Positions 57,727 to 64,000 of a DNA stretch of 64,000 bases are shown one piece after another. The DNA lies in the NCBI GenBank assembly GCA_910587685.1, contig CAJUMY010000010.1, positions 2,787 to 66,786 of the forward strand, written 5' to 3'. The number at the start of each line of letters is the position of its first letter. The first letter of the stretch is position 1. Below the pieces are notes generated by a model. The model was not told where the DNA came from. It ran no database searches and was given only the letters and a program-made list of their open reading frames with translations. The translations under genes and the position numbers were made by a program. This DNA is from an uncultured Christensenellaceae bacterium (GTDB taxonomy: Bacteria; Bacillota; Clostridia; Christensenellales; UBA3700).

Positions 57727-58765
57727 AATTAAAATAAAGGTCGGAATAATCGGCGCTACGGGATATGCCGGAGCGGAGCTCGTAAGACTTCTTATAGCTC
57801 ATCCGAACGCCGAGATAGCGGCGCTTTCGTCGCGTTCGTACGAGGGAAAAAGATTCAGCGAGATATATCCCGCGTTTTTCGGGGCGGTAGACGATATATT
57901 GACATCAGAGGACGCTGTCATAGAAAGATCCGACGTTATCTTCGCTTCGCTTCCGCACGGACTTAGCGAAAAGATCGCGAGAAAGTGTATCGACAAAGGC
58001 AAGAAGCTCATAGACCTCGGAGCGGATTTCAGACTTTCGAGCGAGAGCGACTATAAAGAGTGGTACGGACTTGACTATACGGATAAGGAACTTCACGAAA
58101 AATCGTACTATATGATACCTGAGCTCATGCGCGGCGGATATAAAGGTCAGCCCATTATAGCTAATCCCGGCTGTTACCCCACGAGTATCGCGCTCGGGAT
58201 ATCGCCTATCGTAAAGAGCGGCAATTTCGTTCGCGACAGTATAGTGATAGATTCAAAGTCGGGAGTGACAGGAGCTGGCAGAGGTCTTACTCAGAATACT
58301 CATTATCCCGATTGCAACGAGGCTTTCGGACCGTACAAGGTAGCCGCTCACAGACATACGCCCGAGATAGAGGAGAATATATATAAGGTTTCGGGAGAAA
58401 AGGTCAAGGTCATTTTCACGCCGCATCTAACGCCCGTGAACAGAGGTATAGTGTCCACTATATACGTAACGCTCAAAGAGGACGTTGCTCTTAGCGACGT
58501 TTACGACGCTTACGTTGGATTCTATAAGAACGAAAAATTCGTCAGAGTGTTGCCTCTCGGCAGCGCGGCTAATCTTAAGAACGTCAGAATGTCGAACTAC
58601 GCCGATATTTCATTGCATAAAGACGCGAGAACGAACAGGCTCGTGATAGTCGCCGCTATCGATAATATGGTGAAGGGCGCAAGCGGTCAGGCGATACAGA
58701 ATATGAACGTTATGTTCTCTCTTGCGGAAGACACGGGACTTACGGCTATCGCGCCGAGTTTTTAA
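57719..58765 (+). CDS. argC: N-acetyl-gamma-glutamyl-phosphate reductase
   Basis: Its ATG overlaps the argH stop (ATGA). 'VGIIGATGYAGAEL' and the active-site 'NPGCYPTS'. Confidence 0.94.
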   Translation: MSEIKIKVGIIGATGYAGAELVRLLIAHPNAEIAALSSRSYEGKRFSEIYPAFFGAVDDILTSEDAVIERSDVIFASLPHGLSEKIARKCIDKGKKLIDLGADFRLSSESDYKEWYGLDYTDKELHEKSYYMIPELMRGGYKGQPIIANPGCYPTSIALGISPIVKSGNFVRDSIVIDSKSGVTGAGRGLTQNTHYPDCNEAFGPYKVAAHRHTPEIEENIYKVSGEKVKVIFTPHLTPVNRGIVSTIYVTLKEDVALSDVYDAYVGFYKNEKFVRVLPLGSAANLKNVRMSNYADISLHKDARTNRLVIVAAIDNMVKGASGQAIQNMNVMFSLAEDTGLTAIAPSF

Positions 58766-58778
58766 TAAGGAGATAGAT

Positions 58779-59999
58779 ATGGATATAAAATGGATAGACG
58801 GCGGAGTGACCGCGCCGAAAGGATTCAAGGCGAGCGGAGTACACGCGGGAATACGCAGAAATAAGATGAAGAAGGATCTTGCGCTCATCGTAGCGGAGAA
58901 GCCTTGCGTCGCAAGCGCGGTCTACACGCGTAATAAAGTATTCGGCGCGCCGATAACCGTAACGAGGAAAAATCTCGAGAACGGTATAGCAGAAGCGGTC
59001 ATATGCAACAGCGGCAATGCGAACACGTGCAATGCGGACGGCGTAGAGAAGGCTGCCGCAATGACGAAACTCGTCGAGCTCCATACGGGAATAAAGAGCG
59101 AGAACGTAATAGTCGCTTCGACGGGCGTTATAGGACAGACGCTTCCGATAGAGCCTATCGAAAACGCTATGTCAAGCCTTGTCGGCGCTCTTTCTTTAGA
59201 GGGAAGCGGAGACGCGGCGAACGCTATCATGACGACAGATACCGTTAAAAAGGAATTTGCCGTCGAGACCGTAATAGACGGTAAAACGGTGAGAATAGGC
59301 GCTATAGCGAAAGGAAGCGGGATGATCCATCCCAATATGGCGACAATGCTTGCGTTCGTAACGAGCGACGTAAGTATCTCGAAAGAAATGCTCGATAAGG
59401 TTGCGAAAGAAGTTGTCGACGATACCATAAATATGATTAGCGTCGACGGCGATACGTCTACCAACGATATGATGACGGTAATGGCTTCGGGGCTCGCAGG
59501 CAACGCGGAGATAGACTGCGACGGAGAGGATTATAAAATATTCAAGGAAGCTCTTTTCGCGCTCTTGAAAAAGACGGCTATGACTCTTGCAAAAGACGGC
59601 GAAGGCGCTACGAAACTTATAGAGTGTCATGTCGTCGGCGGCAGCGACGTGAAGATAGCGAAAGCTATAGCGAAGAGCGTTATTACGTCGTCGCTCCTTA
59701 AAGCCGCGCTTTTCGCTTCCGACGCTAACTGGGGAAGGATACTTTGCGCCATAGGCTATACCGAAGGCGATTTCGATATAACCAAAGTCGACGTCAAGCT
59801 CGTATCTAAAGTCGGAGAGATAACGGTATGCGAGAACGGGTCGGGCGTAGAGTTCTCGGAAGAGAAAGCGACTAAAGTGCTCGATACCGACCAAGTGACC
59901 GTTTACGTCGATATGAAAGACGGCGACGCTTCGGCGACGGCGTGGGGCTGTGATTTGACTTACGATTACGTCAAGATCAACGCTGACTACAGAACGTGA
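58779..59999 (+). CDS. argJ: Bifunctional ornithine acetyltransferase / N-acetylglutamate synthase
   Basis: A AAGGAGA RBS precedes ATG 58779. 'GVTAPKGFKASGVHAGI', the autoprocessing site 'PNMATMLAFVTSD', and 'ANWGRILCAIG'. Confidence 0.94.
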   Translation: MDIKWIDGGVTAPKGFKASGVHAGIRRNKMKKDLALIVAEKPCVASAVYTRNKVFGAPITVTRKNLENGIAEAVICNSGNANTCNADGVEKAAAMTKLVELHTGIKSENVIVASTGVIGQTLPIEPIENAMSSLVGALSLEGSGDAANAIMTTDTVKKEFAVETVIDGKTVRIGAIAKGSGMIHPNMATMLAFVTSDVSISKEMLDKVAKEVVDDTINMISVDGDTSTNDMMTVMASGLAGNAEIDCDGEDYKIFKEALFALLKKTAMTLAKDGEGATKLIECHVVGGSDVKIAKAIAKSVITSSLLKAALFASDANWGRILCAIGYTEGDFDITKVDVKLVSKVGEITVCENGSGVEFSEEKATKVLDTDQVTVYVDMKDGDASATAWGCDLTYDYVKINADYRT

Positions 60000-60083
60000 C
60001 GTAACGTTCGTATGGATCTAATTCAACTTAGATGCAATAGAAACGAAAATATATAAATCAAACGTACATATAGAGGTGTTTTG

Positions 60084-60941
60084 ATGAAAAATCAGGAAAA
60101 GGCGGAGATACTCGTAGACGCTTTGCCATATATCAATAAGTATTACGGAAAGGTCATCGTAATAAAATACGGCGGCAACGCTATGGTCAGCGAAACGCTC
60201 AAGCAAGCCGTTATGCAGGACGTCGTTCTGCTCAATTCGATAGGAGTTAAAGTCGTGCTTGTGCACGGCGGCGGTCCCGAGATCAACGATATGCTGAAGA
60301 AGATGGCTATAGAGACGAAATTCGTGAACGGATTGCGTTATACGGATAAAGAGACTGCGAATATCGTTCAGATGGTTCTTTCGGGAAAGGTGAATAAAGG
60401 ACTTGTCAACCATATTAATTCGCTCGGAGGCAGCGCGATAGGTCTTTCTGGCACGGACGGCAAGATGCTCGAGGTAGTGAAAAAGACCGAGGGCGGAGAT
60501 TACGGATACGTAGGAGAAGTCGTTCACGTCAATTCCAAGGTCATTTGCGACGCTCTCGACAACGGATATATTCCCGTGATAGCCAGCGTTGCGCAGGACG
60601 CGGAAGGTAATATCTTCAACATCAACGCAGATACGGTCGCCGCGGAGATAGCCGCCGCGTTAAAGGCGGAGAACCTCCTTTTGCTTACCGATATAATAGG
60701 ACTTTTGAGAGACAAAAACGACGAATCTACGCTGATTGCGAAATGTTTGCTCAGCGACGTTCCGTATCTTAAGAAGCAGGGCGTTATATCGGGCGGTATG
60801 ATACCTAAAATAGACGGCTGCGTAGAGGCTGTAAGACGCGGCGTAAAGCAGGCGGCAATAATAGACGGAAGGATCGAACATTCGATACTCATAGAAATGC
60901 TTTCGAATAAGGGTATAGGCACTCTATTCGGCAACGAGTGA
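60084..60941 (+). CDS. argB: Acetylglutamate kinase
   Basis: An AGAGG RBS precedes ATG 60084. 'VIKYGGNAM', 'VLVHGGGPEI', 'NINADTVAAEIAAAL'. Confidence 0.94.
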   Translation: MKNQEKAEILVDALPYINKYYGKVIVIKYGGNAMVSETLKQAVMQDVVLLNSIGVKVVLVHGGGPEINDMLKKMAIETKFVNGLRYTDKETANIVQMVLSGKVNKGLVNHINSLGGSAIGLSGTDGKMLEVVKKTEGGDYGYVGEVVHVNSKVICDALDNGYIPVIASVAQDAEGNIFNINADTVAAEIAAALKAENLLLLTDIIGLLRDKNDESTLIAKCLLSDVPYLKKQGVISGGMIPKIDGCVEAVRRGVKQAAIIDGRIEHSILIEMLSNKGIGTLFGNE

Positions 60942-60956
60942 TATAAGGAGCAGATC

Positions 60957-62144
60957 ATGAATAGCGTAATAGAAGACGACTTGAAGTATATAGCAAATAC
61001 CTATAAGCGTAACGGCGTTGCGATAATAGGCGGTTCGGGCGCCGTAGCGAGGGATATAAACAATAAAAAGTACGTTGATATGTCGAGCGGGATAGGCGTC
61101 AATTCGCTCGGGTACTGCGAGGAGAAGTGGGTAAGAGCCGTCAGAAAGCAGGCGGAGCTGTTGAATCACACTTCCAATCTCTTTTATACTATCCCGCAGG
61201 TAGAGTTGGCGAAAACGCTGTGTTTGCGTACGGGTTATCAAAAGGCATTTTTCTCGAACTCGGGCGCAGAAGCCAACGAGTGCGCCATAAAGACGGCGAG
61301 AAAATACAGTTTCGACAAATACGGCGAGGGAAGGAACGTCGTTATAACGTTGGTCAATTCTTTTCACGGCAGGACGGTGACGACGCTTTCCGCAACGGGA
61401 CAGGACGTATTTCATAACTATTTCTTTCCTTTCACCGAAGGGTTCGAATACGTAAAGAGCGGCGACGTCGAAGGTATTAAAAGCGTTGTGTCGAAGGGCG
61501 GCGTATGCGCGATAATGCTGGAATTTATTCAAGGCGAGGGCGGAGTGATACCGCAGGAGAAAGCGTTTATTGCAGAGGTAGCGAAGATATGCGAAGAAAA
61601 CGATATTCTTTTCATCGCCGACGAAGTGCAGACAGGCGTGGGCAGAACGGGCAAGTTCCTTGCGTCGGAGCATTTTAAGGTAAAGCCCGATATCACCACT
61701 TTGGCAAAAGGTCTCGGCGGCGGACTTCCGATAGGCGCGACGCTTTTTAACGAGAAGACCGCTGACGTTTTGACCTACTCGACTCACGGCACGACTTTCG
61801 GCGGCAATCCGATAGTATGTCAGGGCGCGAATACCGTCCTTGAAGAGATCGACGAGATGCTGCTTATGGAAGTCAAAGCGAAGGGAAACTATATAAAGAA
61901 GCAGCTTGAAGATTCGCCGTATATAGAGAGCATATCGGGATTGGGGCTTATGCTCGGCGTGAAATTCAAGGGCGAAATATCGGCGGGCGAAGTAGTTTCG
62001 CGCTGTATCGGAAAGGGAGCGCTCTTTTTGACGGCTAAGGAAAAACTTCGTATGCTCCCGCCCCTCAATATAACTATAGACGAGATAGACGAGGCGATCG
62101 GTATTCTTCTCAGCGTTCTCGACGACATAAATAAGGAGAAATAA
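60957..62144 (+). CDS. argD: Acetylornithine aminotransferase
   Basis: Class III aminotransferase: 'NSGAEANECAIK', 'DEVQTGVGRTGK', 'GTTFGGNP'. Confidence 0.9.
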   Translation: MNSVIEDDLKYIANTYKRNGVAIIGGSGAVARDINNKKYVDMSSGIGVNSLGYCEEKWVRAVRKQAELLNHTSNLFYTIPQVELAKTLCLRTGYQKAFFSNSGAEANECAIKTARKYSFDKYGEGRNVVITLVNSFHGRTVTTLSATGQDVFHNYFFPFTEGFEYVKSGDVEGIKSVVSKGGVCAIMLEFIQGEGGVIPQEKAFIAEVAKICEENDILFIADEVQTGVGRTGKFLASEHFKVKPDITTLAKGLGGGLPIGATLFNEKTADVLTYSTHGTTFGGNPIVCQGANTVLEEIDEMLLMEVKAKGNYIKKQLEDSPYIESISGLGLMLGVKFKGEISAGEVVSRCIGKGALFLTAKEKLRMLPPLNITIDEIDEAIGILLSVLDDINKEK

Positions 62145-62145
62145 T

Positions 62146-63057
62146 ATGAAACATTTACTCAAGTTACTCGATTTAAGCGAAAAAGAGATACTCGATCTGC
62201 TCAATCTTGCGGATCAGTTAAAGTATGAGAAAAAGCACGGTATCGCTCATAAGAGACTCGAGGGCAAGACGCTCGGAATGATATTCGAAAAGTCGTCGAC
62301 GAGAACGAGAGTATCGTTCGAGGTCGGTATGTACGAGCTAGGCGGTCAGGCGTTGTTCCTAAGCTCGAGAGACTTGCAGATAGGACGCGGAGAGCCTATA
62401 GAAGACACTGCGAGAGTACTTTCGAGGTATCTCGACGGAATAATGATAAGAACGTTCAAGCAGAGCGACGTCGAGGATCTGGCTGCGTACGGCTCGATAC
62501 CTATCATCAACGGACTTACCGACTTCGCTCATCCGTGTCAGGTACTTGCCGATCTTATGACCGTAAGGGAGTTCAAGGGACTTCTCAAAGGTCTCAAGGT
62601 ATGCTTTATCGGCGACGGCAACAATATGGCGAACTCGCTTATAGTCGGCTGTCTCAAGGTTGGCATGAGTTTTTCGATAGCGTGTCCTAAAGATTACCGT
62701 CCCGACGAGAGCGTGTTAGATTTTGCAAAAGGTTACGGCGATAAGTTCGTTATGACGAACGATATAGCGCTGGCGGCTAAGGACGCGGACGTGCTCATTA
62801 CCGACGTGTGGGCGTCTATGGGGCAGGAAGACGAGAAGAGGATAAGGGAGAAGGCGTTCAGCGGTTATCAGATAAACAAAGACGTTCTTTCCTATGCGAA
62901 GAGCGACGCGATTGTACTTCACTGCTTGCCCGCGCATAGAGAAGAGGAGATCACCGCCGAGGTATTCGAAGCGCATGCAAGCGAGATATTCGAAGAGGCG
63001 GAGAACAGAATCCACGCTCAAAAGGCAGTTATGGTGAGACTTATGGAAAACGCGTGA
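62146..63057 (+). CDS. argF: Ornithine carbamoyltransferase
   Basis: 'FEKSSTRTRVSFE', 'HPCQVLADL', 'DVWASMG', 'HCLPAHR'. Confidence 0.94.
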   Translation: MKHLLKLLDLSEKEILDLLNLADQLKYEKKHGIAHKRLEGKTLGMIFEKSSTRTRVSFEVGMYELGGQALFLSSRDLQIGRGEPIEDTARVLSRYLDGIMIRTFKQSDVEDLAAYGSIPIINGLTDFAHPCQVLADLMTVREFKGLLKGLKVCFIGDGNNMANSLIVGCLKVGMSFSIACPKDYRPDESVLDFAKGYGDKFVMTNDIALAAKDADVLITDVWASMGQEDEKRIREKAFSGYQINKDVLSYAKSDAIVLHCLPAHREEEITAEVFEAHASEIFEEAENRIHAQKAVMVRLMENA

Positions 63058-63115
63058 GTGTTAGCGTAGAAAGCTAAGTTTTACGGCTACCTTATAATAT
63101 ATTTAACGATAATAG

Positions 63116-63147
63116 AGTCCGAACGCGGTATGCGCTTCGGACTTTTG
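63116..63147 (+). terminator. Rho-independent terminator ending the arg operon
   Basis: agtccgaacgc pairs with gcgcttcggact (stem with one bulge), followed by tttt. Confidence 0.78.
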
Positions 63148-63369
63148 TCTTTCTAAAATAAAGAAGAACAGCGAATAATTCTATCGGAATAGCTATTGAA
63201 GAAAGAAGTTTTTTCGTTTCTTTACGATTTATCTTATAGTAGCGATAAGAATTAATTATATGAAAAAGCAAAACACTTTCTTTAAGAAACTTGTATATTT
63301 CGGCGCGATAATGTATAATATTGACGTAATGCGAAGGCAGTTTTATCTGCGTACGGAGGGATTCAAACT

Positions 63370-64000
63370 ATGAAAACTATCGGAACAATTTCAAGAGGTA
63401 TCAAAGCCCCTATCATCAAGAAAGGCGACGATCTCGTATCAATAGTCGTTGATTCCGTTCTTGCCGCGAGCGAAGAGGGCAAGTTCGAGCTTCAGGACAG
63501 AGACGTCGTAGCGATGACCGAGGCTATCGTCGGCAGAGCACAGGGCAATTACGCGACTCTCGCGCAGATATCCAAAGACGTTAGGACTAAGACGGGCGGC
63601 GGTACAGTCGGACTCATTTTCCCGATAATGTCGAGGAACAGATTTTCGATGCTTCTTAAGGGAATAGCTGGCGGAGTTGATAAGCTCATTATTCAGCTCT
63701 CTTATCCCGGCGACGAGGTAGGCAATCCGCTCATTCCTATGGATATAATAGATGAAAAGGGCGTCAACCCTTATACCGATACTTTTACGGAGGAAGAGTA
63801 TTACGCTACTTTCGGCAAGATACTTCACCCGTTCACGGGTCTTGACTATATCGAGCTTTATAAGAGTATGGGCGGCGAAGGATGCGAGATCATTCTCGCT
63901 AACAATCCCAAGGAGATATTGAAATATACCGACGTTGTCATCAACGCCGACATACATACCCGTAACAGGACGAAGAGAATACTCAAGGAAGCAGGAGCTA
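63370..64000 (+). CDS. F420-0:gamma-glutamyl ligase-like (CofE-family) protein, 5' partial (runs off the window)
   Basis: A GGAGGG RBS precedes ATG 63370. The frame is open to the window end, so it is absent from the ORF track for lack of a stop. 'APIIKKGDDLVSIVVDSV...DRDVVAMTEAIVGRAQGN' parallels the CofE N-terminus as I remember it. Confidence 0.68.
   Translation, partial: MKTIGTISRGIKAPIIKKGDDLVSIVVDSVLAASEEGKFELQDRDVVAMTEAIVGRAQGNYATLAQISKDVRTKTGGGTVGLIFPIMSRNRFSMLLKGIAGGVDKLIIQLSYPGDEVGNPLIPMDIIDEKGVNPYTDTFTEEEYYATFGKILHPFTGLDYIELYKSMGGEGCEIILANNPKEILKYTDVVINADIHTRNRTKRILKEAGA

Noticed and set aside
60924-62204. A 426-aa antisense ORF across argD. Similar long antisense or alternate-frame ORFs occur at 42234..43334 (serS), 43485..44303 and 44352..45287 (leuS), 22193..23371 (helicase), 52091..52948 (GH18), 53156..53953 (Ig-like gene), 59196..59894 (argJ), 30423..31049 (cwlD) and 63439..63957 (CofE-like).
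   Set aside because: All lie opposite genes with unmistakable family signatures, and all have the same R/L/V/S-rich shadow composition. The cause is the codon-bias effect described for the previous entry.
1-64000. I looked for CRISPR arrays, tRNA or rRNA genes, IS elements, integrases and prophage modules.
   Set aside because: I saw no regularly spaced direct repeats, no tRNA T-loop/acceptor patterns, no rRNA-like stretches, and no transposase, recombinase or phage structural motifs in any frame. The only notable repeats are the 21-mers at 19770 and 20100 and the short operator-like motifs reported above.

Overview
This 64 kb window looks like chromosomal DNA from a low-to-moderate GC, spore-forming, anaerobic Firmicute (Clostridia-like). 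Supporting markers are cwlD, a CotJC-like ferritin-fold protein and the [FeFe]-hydrogenase maturases hydE, hydG and hydF. Most of the window is housekeeping. It carries an nfeD-floA operon, rpsF-ssb-rpsR, a leuS-serS pair, a polar amino-acid ABC importer, a MATE pump and a complete arginine cluster (argG, argH, argC, argJ, argB, argD, argF). Glycan-scavenging genes are scattered through it: nahK-CBM9-like-galE, a cytoplasmic GH20 hexosaminidase, a cytoplasmic GH38 alpha-mannosidase and a lipoprotein GH18-like enzyme. I found no rRNA, tRNA, CRISPR array, transposase or integrase. Three places look accessory. (1) At about 2.65-8.2 kb, a strongly AT-rich, codon-atypical gene encodes a secreted 322-aa protein with an amphipathic Gly/Ser/Thr hairpin signature, making it a candidate beta-pore-former or large bacteriocin. 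It is followed by two translationally coupled ABC ATPase-FtsX-permease fusion proteins. (2) At about 17.9-20.2 kb there is an AT-rich patch with a small membrane protein, a decayed lipoprotein gene and 21-bp direct repeats. (3) At 22.0-27.6 kb, a monocistronic 1863-aa protein combines DUF4011, an SF1 (Upf1/Dna2-like) helicase, a Vsr/DUF559-like nuclease fold and DUF3320. This resembles the single-gene Hhe-type helicase-nuclease defence architecture, but the nuclease motif appears degenerate. Host genes avoid TTA, CTA and TCA codons, so many very long antisense ORFs in the supplied track are shadows and were rejected. All family assignments come from motif and sequence recognition by eye. No searches were run.
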